Assembly: GCA_977020255.1 (NCBI GenBank)
Contig: CDROCS010005781.1
Location: forward strand, 1 to 64,000
Length of the DNA: 64,000 bases
Reading direction: 5' to 3'
Origin: Obrimoposthia wandeli
Taxonomy: Eukaryota
A program made the translations under genes and the position numbers. Below, one piece after another: positions 1 through 11,233 of this stretch. The notes beneath the pieces were generated by a model that searched no databases, was not told the DNA's origin, and was given only the letters and a program-made list of their open reading frames with translations. The first letter of the stretch is position 1, and every line of letters begins with the position of its first letter.

Positions 1-52
1 CCGCGACCGCGACATCGTTTAATTCATTTTATTGACGTTAAGGGGCTAGCCA

Positions 53-947
53 TTAGCCCTTCGCACAATTCCGACCACTTTCTTTTGCATCATATAAACC
101 TCGATCCGCGGCTTCTAATAGCTGCTCAGGGCTTTGAATAAACTCCCTGTCTGTTGCTGATAAACCAATACTCACAGTCACCGTCTGGCCATTATTATCG
201 AAAGCCAGAGTATTAAGGTGTTCTAAAATACGTCGACTTAATTCTTCCGCTCTATCAAATGGACAGTTTTCTAGTACAACTAAAAATTCATCGCCACCGT
301 AACGTCCAATAGCATCACTAGGGCGTAGTGAGCTGCGTAATACCTTGCTGATTTGTAGAATTACATCATCGCCAAAGGGATGGCCATGCTCATCATTGAT
401 TTGTTTGAAGTTATCAATATCGACCATCATTGCCGTTAATGGATCGGATGTTAATAAATGGCGGTGATAGGCTCTGCGTAAAATATCTTTAGTTGTGACT
501 TGATTCCATAGTCCTGTAAGGCCATCTAACTTAGCTTTTTGTTGTGCATGGTCTAAATCTGTAATCAGTTGGACTTGCATATCACTGATCTGCGTCAGGT
601 TGATCTCGGTTTGTGCCCACGAGGTAATATCACGCATTGTCTCAATATCATCTGTACTAAATTTACGTGTTTTAGTATCAGCCATACAGAGGGTTCCAAT
701 ATTGTGCCCTCGGCTTTTTAAAACAAAGCCGGCATAGAATCGAAGTTCTAAGCCCTCCGTCACAAGCAGTGAGTCACTGAAGCGCTCGTCTTGAATCATG
801 TCCTCGCACACAATATATTCTTCGACCAATAGTGTATGAGCGCAAAGGGAAGTACTGCGGGGTGAATCAACTGGCGTCGAGCCCTGAACATTCATGTAAG
901 GCTTCTAAGCGTTGTTGTTCATTCTCTGGAATAGAAGCGGAAGGCAT
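53..947 (-). CDS. GAF-GGDEF diguanylate cyclase; 5' end frameshifted or partly deleted
   Basis: ORF 53..895 has GRYGGDEF, an RPSD I-site and the GAF motif PRSTSLCAHT. An upstream ATG at 947 gives MPSASIPENEQQRLEAL, a typical GAF N-terminus, in another frame. Confidence 0.85.
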
Positions 948-1029
948 GGCGACTCTCAAATAATTAGGGACTAAACATGAGTATAGTTAAATTATAGGAA
1001 TCGCCACTGGGTAAGTGGTTTGATTCGGG

Positions 1030-2097
1030 TTATTCCGAATGCTGCTCTAACGCCCACTCAATATGTTCTGTTACCAGCTCGCTGGCCTCCGGTAAGCGCT
1101 GCTTGAGTGCTTCAATAATTTCAATGCTGGTGGGGGCATTGCCTAAAGCCACGGCAATATTACGCAACCAATTTTCATAACCCGTGCGACGAATTGGGTT
1201 ACCTTCGGTATGTTTTAGAAACGTCGATTCATCCCAAGCAAACAACTCTAGCAAGGTAGCATTATCAAGTGGGTGGCGTGGCGTGAAGTCGATTTCTTGG
1301 GTTGTTTTGCTAAAGCGATTCCAAGGGCAGCATAGCTGGCAATCATCGCAACCAAAAATACGATTGCCCATGCCTTTGCGTAAGTCGGTAGGGATTGGGC
1401 CTTTTAACTCAATGGTCAGGTAAGAGATGCAGCGTCGAGCGTCTAATACTTGCTCACCGACAAAGGCTTGGGTTGGACAAATGTCGATACAGGAGGTGCA
1501 GCTGCCGCAATGGTTTTTATCATCAGGTTTATCGATGGGTAGTGGCAGATCGGTGAGTAATTCACTTAGGAAGAAGTACGAGCCGGCTTTTTTATTGATC
1601 AGCATTGTATTTTTACCCAGCCAGCCAAGTCCTGCGTTACTGGCAAGGGCTCGTTCTAAAACGGGCGCGCTATCGACAAAAGCGCGGTAGCCATGACCGA
1701 CTTCTTCTTCGATCATTTTACCCAGTTGTGTTAAGCGTTTACGAATCACTTTGTGGTAATCACGACCTAGAGCGTAGCGTGAAACATAGGCTAGGGACTT
1801 GTCTTGTAGCTGTTCTTTAATGCGCGCATCGGCGGGTAGGTAATCCATACGCGCGCTGATAACTCTTAATGTGCCGGGCAATAAGTCAGCAGGACGGCTG
1901 CGCATATTATCGTGGGCCGCCATGTATTCCATGCTGCCGTGATAGCCTTTGGCGAGCCATTCTTTTAGGCGTGTTTCATGCTCACCCAGTTCGATATGAG
2001 TGATGCCGATTTGCTGAAAGCCTAGTTCACGGCCCCATACTTTGATCTTATCAGCCAAGTCTTGGAGTTCGCTTTGAGATAGCGCTATTTGTGTCAT
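1030..2097 (-). CDS. queG: Epoxyqueuosine reductase
   Basis: Motifs YALGRDYH, FVDSAPVLE, CGSCTSCIDICPT and IFGCDDCQLCCPWN; divergent from the nnr-tsaE operon as usual. Start taken at MTQIAL. Confidence 0.95.
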   Translation of the reverse strand: MTQIALSQSELQDLADKIKVWGRELGFQQIGITHIELGEHETRLKEWLAKGYHGSMEYMAAHDNMRSRPADLLPGTLRVISARMDYLPADARIKEQLQDKSLAYVSRYALGRDYHKVIRKRLTQLGKMIEEEVGHGYRAFVDSAPVLERALASNAGLGWLGKNTMLINKKAGSYFFLSELLTDLPLPIDKPDDKNHCGSCTSCIDICPTQAFVGEQVLDARRCISYLTIELKGPIPTDLRKGMGNRIFGCDDCQLCCPWNRFSKTTQEIDFTPRHPLDNATLLELFAWDESTFLKHTEGNPIRRTGYENWLRNIAVALGNAPTSIEIIEALKQRLPEASELVTEHIEWALEQHSE

Positions 2098-2193
2098 GAG
2101 ATTATCGTAGTTACCGCAATGATTATACCTTCGCCATCTTACCGCCAAGGACGTATAATTCTGCCAAAGAAACGCTTAGGCATACAGCATAGA

Positions 2194-3197
2194 ATGAATT
2201 TATCTCACATTGAGCCCCTGACAAGCCCCAATACTAAAGTCATAGTCACCGATATTAGTTGGCAAGTACTGCAGGGCAATGATCAGTTATTACCGATGCG
2301 GGCCCTCGATAGTCATGGCGCGGACGCGCCATGTGCAGGTGATTGGGGGGCGATTTATTATGCCGGTGCTGCTTTTGATGGCCTGCCGCGTTGGTGAGTG
2401 GTGCAGTGAGCTGACAGCCAGAACACATCAGTGCTTCTATCAGCGTTGCCCAGAAATTATGGTGGTTTCAGGCATAAACTCTGGTTTAGAGCTTCTGCCT
2501 TCATTGCCGCTGAACAGAATGAAAATAAGGTGCTGGTGGTTGGCCCAGGTTTAGGCAAGCAGGCCTTTGGTCAGTTGTTATTACAAACTGTGCTACAACA
2601 AATCTCTACAATCAAGCATTGGTGCTTGATGTGATGGTCTAAATCTTCTAGCAGCGAAACCATTAATCACAGGTGCTGAGGTTGATTTCACTAACCATGA
2701 TGTGATTATTACTCCTCATCCTGCAGAAGCTGGGCGTTTATTAAATATCAGTACTGCGGATGTTCAAGCTGATCGCTTAAGCGCTACAATCGCTTTGGTT
2801 GAAAAATATCATTGCACGGTGATTTTAAAAGGTCAGCACAGTTTGGATTGCTGGCCGTAATGCATCGGGTGAGTTACTTTGTTATCGCTGTTTAGATGGT
2901 AATCCTGAACAGCTCTGGCGGCATGGGAGATATCCTGTCGGGGAGTTGTAGGCGCTGTATTGGCACAATTTAAGGCGTTAGATTGTCGTCTTATCGGCGG
3001 CCAAATTAGCCTGCTGTGTTCACAGTAAAGCAGCGGATGATGCGAGTTATGAACGTGGCGAAATTGGATTGTTAGCGACGGATCTTTTACCTTTTATTCG
3101 GCGTGCTATTCAGATGCCAAAGAGCCAGATACAAAATTCTGATCTAGAAGTAGAGCTAGAATTTGAAAGCAAAGTAAGGGTAGAAAAAGATGATTGA
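2194..3197 (+). pseudogene. nnrD: NAD(P)H-hydrate dehydratase (NnrD/YjeF C-terminal domain), multiply frameshifted in this assembly
   Basis: Fragments across frames: LPMRALDSH..G, HVQVIGG, RCPEIMV, VLVVGPGLG, IITPHPAEAGRLL, VILKG, GGMGDILSG, LLATDLLPFIRR. Located between queG and tsaE. Confidence 0.75.
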
Positions 3198-3675
3198 TTT
3201 AATCGGTGAAGAAAACATGATGGCCTTTGCCGGTCAGTGCGCTGCTGTATTCTCTACTGCCGCGATTGATGGTGGGCTGATATTCTTAGAAGGTGATTTA
3301 GGCGCGGGTAAGACAACGTTTAGCCGAGGCTTGATGCGTGGTTTTGGTTATGCTGGTCCAGTGAAAAGCCCAACGTATACCTTGGTTGAAACTTATGATG
3401 TCATCACGACTCAAAAGAAGCCCTTAACCGTTTGTCATTTTGATCTTTACCGTGTGGCAGATCCAGAAGAGCTAGAATTTATGGGCATACGTGATTACCT
3501 TGAAGGCGCGCACTTATGTTTAATGGAATGGGCAGATAAAGGGTCAGGTTTTTTACCCACTGCAGACTTGGTATTATCCATTGCTGATATTAAAGATGGC
3601 CGACAATTAACTTGGCAAGCATCTACGGAACAAGGCTTGGCCTGGTGTGAACAATTAAATCAAATAGAAGTATGA
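3190..3675 (+). CDS. tsaE: tRNA threonylcarbamoyladenosine biosynthesis ATPase
   Basis: LEGDLGAGKTT, VKSPTYTLVE, HFDLYR, EWAD; conserved synteny. Confidence 0.95.
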   Translation: MIDLIGEENMMAFAGQCAAVFSTAAIDGGLIFLEGDLGAGKTTFSRGLMRGFGYAGPVKSPTYTLVETYDVITTQKKPLTVCHFDLYRVADPEELEFMGIRDYLEGAHLCLMEWADKGSGFLPTADLVLSIADIKDGRQLTWQASTEQGLAWCEQLNQIEV

Positions 3676-5060
3676 TGATAAAAATAATAAAACTTTTTTT
3701 TCTGCTGATTTTATTTAGCATTGAAGCTATAAACATTTGCAGATGTTGATGGTGTGCGAGTATGGCAATCACCTAGTACTCGCTTGGTTTTTGATTTATC
3801 AAAACCTCACCAGCACAAGATATTCACCTTAGAAAATCCTTATCGATTAGTAATCGATCTAGGAGGCAATGCTCAATTTAAGCCCCGTATTGATAAAGTA
3901 GATCTTGCAAGTACGTTAGTGACGAAGTTGCGTACAGGAAGACAAAAAAATAAAGACTTGCGCTTGGTTTTTCAATTGCGCGCAGATGTTAACCCTAAAA
4001 GTTCAATACTCGCCCCGAATAAAATTTATCCACACCATCGTTTAGTTGTTGATCTTTTTGAGAAAAATCAGCAAACCATTGAGTCTGTGATTACTGTGAA
4101 AACCGTTGCCGATAAAGTGGCGCATAATAAACGAGACATCATCGTTGCTATTGACGCTGGGCATGGTGGCGAAGACCGGAGCAGTGGGTTATCGCCGGAC
4201 CAAAGAAAGTTGTTGTTTTAAAAATAGCAAGAAACTAGCCGCTTTGTTAAAGGCAGAACCTGGCTATAAGCCCTATTTAACCCGCACTGGTGATTATTAT
4301 ATTCCGCTACGTGACCGTACGCGTAAGGCCCGTGATGCTAATGCTGATTTGTTTATTTCAATTCATGCCGATGCTTTTAGAAACTCACAGGCTCATGGTA
4401 GTTCGGTATTTGTATTGTCCGAGCGAGGCGCGTCCAGCGAAGAATCACGTTATCTAGCGCAAAAAGAAAATGAAGCAGATCTTGTGGGTGGGGTTAGTCT
4501 CGATGACAAGGATGATCACGTTGCAATGACCTTATTGGATTTGTCCATGACCGCACGCGTGGCTCAAGTTTGGCTGTGGGGAAGATGATTTTTAAAACGA
4601 ATGGATAAAATTTCTCGTCTGCATAAAAGCATGTAGGCGAGGCGGCCTTTTATGGCATTGGAAAGCCTGATATCCCAGCACTGCTAATTGAAACGGGATT
4701 TATTTCTAATCCTGGCGAAGCTAAAAAATTAGCGACTTCTAGTTATCAAAAGAAAATGGCTCGCGAAATATTCTCTGGCTTAACAGGCTATTTCCATAAC
4801 GAACCACCCGAAACAAGCTACGTTGCTTGGAAGAAAAATAGCCATAAATCGACGGTTGCATCGGTGAAACCGATACAACAAAAAGATTCGAAAAAGAGCA
4901 CTGGAACACCACGATATACGATTAGGCGTGGTGATACTCTATCGGATATCGCGGCAAAGAATAGAACGACCGTCGCGAATATGCGTCGCGTACACGGCAT
5001 TACAAATAACAGTATTCGCTGGGCAGCGCATTGCTGCCCGCGAGTTAGGCTTATTCTCAA
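3672..5060 (+). pseudogene. amiB: N-acetylmuramoyl-L-alanine amidase with AMIN and LysM domains, split by frameshifts
   Basis: AMIN-like [41 protein letters not shown] and Lys[14 protein letters not shown], spread over ORFs 3754-4221, 4106-4588 and 4756-. The end coordinate is approximate. Confidence 0.85.
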
Positions 5061-5061
5061 T

Positions 5062-7057
5062 ATGAAAAGAATTCATTTATTATCACCGCGCCTAGCAAAC
5101 CAAATTGCGGCGGGTGAAGTGGTAGAACGACCTGCCAATATCATTAAAGAACTGGTTGAAAACTCGTTAGATGCAGGCTCTACTCGCATTGAAATAGATG
5201 TTGAGCAAGGGGGTATTAAGTTATTACGTATTCGTGATGATGGCCATGGTATTCCTAAAGACGATTTGCCTTTGGCGTTGAGCCGACACGCGACCAGTAA
5301 AATTAGTACGTTAGATGATTTAGAAGCCGTGAGTAGCCTAGGGTTTCGGGGTGAAGCGTTAGCATCGATCAGTTCGGTTTCTCGTTTAACGATGACTTCT
5401 GCGACGGCGCCAGAAATATCTGGGCGAATCTGGAAAGCGGCAATGACAACGAAAGTGGGCAAGCTTGGCAAGTCGAAGTAGAAGGTCGTGAGATGGCTGC
5501 GAGTATTAAACCTGCGGCTCATCCCAAAGGCACTACGCTAGAAGTGCGTGACTTATTTTTTAATACCCCCGCTCGAAGAAAATTTTTACGCACCGAAAAA
5601 ACTGAATTCAATCACGTAGATGAATATTTTAAACGCTTAGCATTAAGCCGTTATGACGTTGCCTTTAGCCTGCGTCATAATCAAAAAGTAATTCATTCAC
5701 TGCGTCCGGCCATTCGAAACATTGATAAAGAAAAACGGGTTGCTGCGTTACTCGGTGCTAAATTTATTGATGCCGCTTTGCATATTGATGCCGAAGCCGC
5801 GGGTCTAGGCTTAACTGGCTGGGTTGGTTTGCCGACGTTCTCCCGCAGTGCTGCAGACATGCACAATACTTCTTGTTAATGGCCGAGTTGTGCGAGATAG
5901 GTTAGTCGCCCATATGATTAAGCAAGCTTTTGGCCGGAGACGTCTTGTATCACGGTCGTCAGCCAGCGTTTGTGCTTTATCTCACCGTTGATCCTGCTTT
6001 GGTTGATGTAAACGTGCACCCGACGAAACACGAGGTGCGTTTTCGTGATGGCCGCTTGGTGCATGATTATTTATTCAGAACTTTGCATAAAGCATTAGCG
6101 GATGTTCGTCCTGATCATCAATCCGCGCCAACCATTTGCAAGGCTCAGGGATTTGAAGGATGGAGAGGCTGTAGGCTTCTGATTGACGAGTCCTGCTTTA
6201 ATGGCCAATAGTCAGCAGCAGGTTACGGGTATTCAAGCGGGTGAGTTTAGCGAGCAGACACGCATGAGTTTGCTTGCCTGGTAGAACTTATGACTGGGCA
6301 GCCACCGGGCCAAAGTCCAGCGGGTGTACAAGAGCATCTCAATGCTTATCAGGCGTTATCGCAGCCTTTGAATGTCGCCTCAAATGGTATGATGACAGAA
6401 GAGAGGGTTGATCCGGAAACCGGTGAAATTGTCACCGTATCGGTTGAACATAAACATCCTCAAGAATCCGATGTTCCGCCATTAGGTTTTGCTATTGCTC
6501 AGTTACACGGCATTTATATTTTATCTGAAAATGCTCACGGTTTAGTGGTAGTGGATATGCACGCCGCTCACGAACGTATTACTTACGAACGTTTAAAAAT
6601 TGCCGTCGATCACCAAAACGTGCAAAGCCAACCGTTGTTAGTACCGATCACCATCAGTGTTTCTGAAGGTGAAGCGGATGCTGCTGAGCAATATGCCGAT
6701 GAATTCGCCCGCTTTGGTGTGTTATTGCAACGAGCGGCCCCCGAGTCGATTATGATTCGCCAAATACCGGTGATTTTGCAGCAAGCCGAAACAGAGCGTT
6801 TGGTGACTGATATGCTTGCGGACTTGATGCAACATGGCAGCTCAGATCGCATTCAAGCACACCGTAATGAGATACTCGGCACCATGGCCTGTCACGGTAG
6901 TGTGCGTGCTAATCGCAAATTAACGTTGCCAGAAATGAATGGCTTGTTACGCGATATGGAAGATACAGAGCGCAGTGGCCAATGCAATCACGGTCGCCCG
7001 ACGTGGACTCAGATGAGTATGTCGGATCTAGATAAATTATTTTTGCGAGGCCGATAA
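5062..7057 (+). pseudogene. mutL: DNA mismatch repair protein MutL, split into at least 4 frames (probably sequencing errors)
   Basis: [74 protein letters not shown]. Confidence 0.92.
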
Positions 7058-8017
7058 GTGACTTTCATATCCGCACCTTCACAGTCAACCAATCTTAAAG
7101 AGTTGCCCCAAGCTATTTTTCTTATGGGCCCAACAGCCTCAGGAAAAACAGCGTTAGCAGTTGATCTAGTCGAGAATTACAACTGTGAAATTATCAGTGT
7201 TGATTCCGCATTAGTTTATAAAGGCATGAATATCGGCACAGCAAAGCCGGATGCAGAGTTGCAGGCACGGGCACCTCATCGCTTGATTGATCTAATCGAT
7301 CCCGCTGAAGTTTATTCTGCTGCTAATTTCCGTGAAGATGCTTTGCGCGAAATGGCCGATATTACTGCCAAAGGAAAAGTGCCGTTATTGGTTGGCGGTA
7401 CGATGATGTATTTTAAATTCTTGCGTGATGGCGCTGCCCAATTACCCAAAGCGGATGAAGAAATTCGCAAACGTTTATTAGCCCAAGGTGAAGAGTTTGG
7501 CTGGCCTCATATGCATGCGAAGCTAGCCGAAATCGACCCCGTTGCGGCAGAACGTTTAAAACCGATGGATTCTCAACGAATTCAGCGTGCATTAGAAGTA
7601 TTTGAAGTCAGCGGCAAAACCTTAACTCAGTTTTGGGATGAGCAAGAAGAACAGCCATTACCTTACGACGTAATAAGTTTTGCAGTTATGCCAAGAGAGC
7701 GAAAAACGCTGCATAAACGCATCGCTCAGCGTTATCAAATTATGATGAAGCAAGGCTTTGTTGAAGAAGTGAAAACACTCTTCGCTCGAGAAGATCTTCA
7801 CGAAGAATTGCCGTCGATTCGTTGCGTTGGTTATCGTCAGGTTTGGCAGTACTTAAAGGGTGAAATCGACTACGATGAAATGGTTGAGCGTGGCATTATC
7901 GCGACTCGGCAGTTGGCCAAAAGGCAAATTACTTGGCTCAGAAGCTGGCCTGATTTGAACTGGTTGGACACAGAAGATCCAAATCTTCTTCAAAGTGCCT
8001 TGAAAATACTGCGATAG
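7058..8017 (+). CDS. miaA: tRNA dimethylallyltransferase
   Basis: [40 protein letters not shown]; GTG start. Confidence 0.97.
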   Translation: MTFISAPSQSTNLKELPQAIFLMGPTASGKTALAVDLVENYNCEIISVDSALVYKGMNIGTAKPDAELQARAPHRLIDLIDPAEVYSAANFREDALREMADITAKGKVPLLVGGTMMYFKFLRDGAAQLPKADEEIRKRLLAQGEEFGWPHMHAKLAEIDPVAAERLKPMDSQRIQRALEVFEVSGKTLTQFWDEQEEQPLPYDVISFAVMPRERKTLHKRIAQRYQIMMKQGFVEEVKTLFAREDLHEELPSIRCVGYRQVWQYLKGEIDYDEMVERGIIATRQLAKRQITWLRSWPDLNWLDTEDPNLLQSALKILR

Positions 8018-8102
8018 ACCGCCATATTTAACCCATAATCTATTAAGTAGAGCACTTGCTCACTCATCTCGTACGTTTATTAACCTAATTTGGGGTTTTG
8101 GC

Positions 8103-8108
8103 TATAAT
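8103..8108 (+). promoter_or_regulatory. Putative sigma70 -10 box of an hfq-proximal promoter
   Basis: Perfect TATAAT in the miaA-hfq spacer, about 150 nt upstream of hfq; no clear -35. Confidence 0.45.
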
Positions 8109-8260
8109 GTAGTCAAGAATATCACTATTGGTCATACCAATTTGTGATTTATTATTCGTCTTGGTGTATTTAATCGGCTATATCAGCAAAACGTTGTTAT
8201 TAATTATTTTATTTCTGCTTGTCCGCATACTGGACAGCAAATTCTTCGAAGGAGAAGAAC

Positions 8261-8503
8261 ATGTCAAAAGGGCACTCTCTACAAGACCCTTACTTGAATG
8301 CACTACGTAAAGAGCGCATTCCTGTATCCATATTTTTGGTAAACGGTATCAAACTGCAAGGTCAGGTTGAATCGTTTGATCAGTTCGTTATTGTATTGAA
8401 AAATACAGTGAGTCAGATGGTTTATAAGCACGCGATTTCTACGGTAGTTCCTAGTCGTCCTGTTCGCTTGCAAGTTGAAACTCAAGAAGACGAAGCTGAA
8501 TAA
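8261..8503 (+). CDS. hfq: RNA chaperone Hfq (80 aa)
   Basis: [34 protein letters not shown]...[10 protein letters not shown]; SD GGAG upstream. Confidence 0.99.
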   Translation: MSKGHSLQDPYLNALRKERIPVSIFLVNGIKLQGQVESFDQFVIVLKNTVSQMVYKHAISTVVPSRPVRLQVETQEDEAE

Positions 8504-8619
8504 AGAGCTGAGTAAATAAGTTAGTGCTGTGTATGCTAATTATTAATAATGATTGTCATGCACAGTCGACTTTATCTACCAAGTCTAAATTTATAGACTA
8601 CTACATTTAGGTATTTCTA

Positions 8620-9942
8620 TTGTTTTTTGATCGCCCCGAAGCTGGCAGTAAAGCTAGCGACATCGCCATTCTAGTACATATCGATTTTCCGGAAGGGGAT
8701 AACCGCGAGGACCCTAACGAATTTAAAGAATTGGTATTATCTGCAGGCGGAAGCCCCGTTGAATTCATAACAGGTTCGCGTAAAGCGCCTGATCCAAAAA
8801 CCTTTGTCGGTAAAGGCAAGGTAGAAGAAATTAAAGCCATGGCGGAAGCTCATGAAGCAGATATCATTCTGTTTAATCATGCGTTAACCCCTAGCCAAGA
8901 ACGAAATCTTGAAGAAGCTTTAGAATTCCGAGTGCTCGACCGTACCGGTCTTATCCTTGACATTTTCGCTCTACGCGCACGTACCCACGAAGGTAAATTA
9001 CAAGTTGAACTGGCGCAATTACAGCATCAGGCAACGCGACTTATTCGTGGTTGGACTCACTTAGAGCGTCAACAGGGTGGTATTGGTTCTCGTGGAGCCG
9101 GTGAATCTCAGTTAGAAACTGATAGACGCTTAGTAGCAACCCGAGAAACATTGATTCGTAGTCGATTAAAAAAAGTTCGCGCGCAGCGTGAGCAAGGTCG
9201 CCGCAAGCGTAAGCGTTCAGAGATTCCGACAATCGCGTTAGTGGGCTATACCAACGCCGGCAAATCAACATTATTTAATGCCTTAACTAAAGCTAATGTG
9301 TATGCCGCTGATAAATTATTCGCGACCCTCGACCCAACCTTACGTCGTTTGAAGGTAATGGATGTTGGTGAGGTGATATTGGCCGATACCGTAGGCTTTA
9401 TTCGTCACTTACCACACAAATTAGTAGAAGCGTTTCGTGCTACCTTGCAAGAAACTACCGAAGCGAATTTATTACTGCATGTGATTGATAGCGCAACAGA
9501 TGAGCGCGATCACAATATTCAGCAAGTAGACAACGTGCTGGCTGAAATCGAGGCTGATCAAGTTCCACAATTAAAAGTCTACAATAAAATAGATTTATTG
9601 GAGACTGCTGAACCAAGAATTGACCGTGACGAACATGGTACACCGGTTGCTGTCTGGCTATCGGCTCAGGCAAAAGTAGGGTTTGAATTATTAACCCAAG
9701 CAATCTCCGAGCTAGTAGCGGAAGAGCTTTTTCAGGAAACGATTCAACTAACCCCTGCAGACTCTAGGCTTAGAGCATTGCTTTTTGAACAGGCAGCGGT
9801 TGCTGAAGAAACTTATGCAGACAATGGTGATAATATATTACGCTTACGTTTGCAGCTTGATGACTTCAAAAAGATATTAGCAAAAGCGGGTACTAGAGCA
9901 GATCGTTTTATTCCTGTTGTATTAGAACATTGGGAAAAATAG
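8620..9942 (+). CDS. hflX: Ribosome rescue GTPase HflX
   Basis: TTG start; ALVGYTNAGKST, LFATLDPT, DTVGFI, NKID; follows hfq. Confidence 0.97.
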   Translation: MFFDRPEAGSKASDIAILVHIDFPEGDNREDPNEFKELVLSAGGSPVEFITGSRKAPDPKTFVGKGKVEEIKAMAEAHEADIILFNHALTPSQERNLEEALEFRVLDRTGLILDIFALRARTHEGKLQVELAQLQHQATRLIRGWTHLERQQGGIGSRGAGESQLETDRRLVATRETLIRSRLKKVRAQREQGRRKRKRSEIPTIALVGYTNAGKSTLFNALTKANVYAADKLFATLDPTLRRLKVMDVGEVILADTVGFIRHLPHKLVEAFRATLQETTEANLLLHVIDSATDERDHNIQQVDNVLAEIEADQVPQLKVYNKIDLLETAEPRIDRDEHGTPVAVWLSAQAKVGFELLTQAISELVAEELFQETIQLTPADSRLRALLFEQAAVAEETYADNGDNILRLRLQLDDFKKILAKAGTRADRFIPVVLEHWEK

Positions 9943-10072
9943 CTTAGATACAGCTTTGAAAAAGCAAAGATAAGTAAAGTCGATGATTGTGATATGAATT
10001 ACACAATCAATCTTCTATTATTTGCTTCAAATAATTTAAACGATATGCAACCCAGAGATAATGGAGTGATTT

Positions 10073-11233
10073 ATGGCGTGGAATGAACCCGGTGGCGGTA
10101 AAGACCCTTGGGGCAATGGCGGTAATAACGGTGGCAATAAAGGCGGTAATAATCAGGGGCCACCTGATCTAGACGAAGCGTTAAAGCAGCTGATGGCTAA
10201 ACTGAACGGTATGTTTGGTGGCAAAGGCGGCGGTGGCGATAAGAAAGATAGCAATCAAGGTCTTGGTGGCATGATTGGTATTTTGGCAATCGTAGGCGTT
10301 TTGTTTTTAGGGTTTAGTTCAGTCTATACACTTGATGAAAAAGAACGTGGCGTGATTCTGCAGCTGGGTAAATACGATCGTACTGAAGGTCCTGGTTTGC
10401 ATTTCAAATGGCCTTTAGCAGAATCGTTAACCCGTATCGAAACCACTACCGTGCGTAAAGAAAATATTGAAGAGCGCATGCTGACCGAAGATAACAACAT
10501 TATTGAGATTGAACTTAACGTTCAATATCGCGTTAATGATCCTGTGTCTTATGCATTACGCATCGAAAATCCACGCTTAACCTTACAACATGCCGCGCAA
10601 AGTGCGTTACGTCATGATGTGGGTTCTACTGCGATGGATCCATTGTTGACGTCAGGTCGTGAAGCAACGGCTCAGCAAGTTAAGCTGCGTTTGCAAAGCT
10701 ATCTTGATCGTTATCAAACCGGTATTCAGTTGACCAACGTGAACGTTAAAGATGCTCGCCCACCTTCTCAGGTTAAGGCGTCATTTGATGATGTTCAGGC
10801 GGCTCGTCAAGATAAAGACCGTTTAATCAGTGAAGCAGAATCTTATGCTAACTCGATTGTGCCACAAGCACGTGGTCAAGCTCAGCGTCAGTTAGAAGAA
10901 GCCAGTGCTTACAAAGAGCAAGTTGTTGCAAAAGCAACGGGTGAAGCGGATCGTTTTGTCGCGTTATATACAGAGTATAAAAAGGCGCCAGAAGTTACTC
11001 GTGAGCGTTTATACATAGATGCTATTAGTGATGTTTACGCTAAAAGCAGTAAGGTATTGGTTGATGTTGAAGGAGGTAATAACATGATGTACTTACCACT
11101 GGATCAAATCATGAAAAATATACCTCAATCTAATACTGGCAGTACGTCATCCGTGGATGTCTCAGCCATCACCGATCAGGTATTGAACGAGATTCGTACT
11201 CGTCAAAATGATCGTAGTAAGGGGACTCGCTAA
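10073..11233 (+). CDS. hflK: FtsH protease modulator HflK
   Basis: MAWNEPG, QGPPDLDE, SPFH domain, VTRERLY. Confidence 0.97.
   Translation: MAWNEPGGGKDPWGNGGNNGGNKGGNNQGPPDLDEALKQLMAKLNGMFGGKGGGGDKKDSNQGLGGMIGILAIVGVLFLGFSSVYTLDEKERGVILQLGKYDRTEGPGLHFKWPLAESLTRIETTTVRKENIEERMLTEDNNIIEIELNVQYRVNDPVSYALRIENPRLTLQHAAQSALRHDVGSTAMDPLLTSGREATAQQVKLRLQSYLDRYQTGIQLTNVNVKDARPPSQVKASFDDVQAARQDKDRLISEAESYANSIVPQARGQAQRQLEEASAYKEQVVAKATGEADRFVALYTEYKKAPEVTRERLYIDAISDVYAKSSKVLVDVEGGNNMMYLPLDQIMKNIPQSNTGSTSSVDVSAITDQVLNEIRTRQNDRSKGTR

Noticed and set aside
5062-7057. mutL as a genuine mutator pseudogene
   Set aside because: Neighbouring amiB, nnrD and the DGC show the same error style in one block, so an assembly artefact is more parsimonious.
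10085-10260. GGN/AAT-rich low-complexity repeats at the start of hflK
   Set aside because: Normal Gly/Asn-rich N-terminus of HflK.
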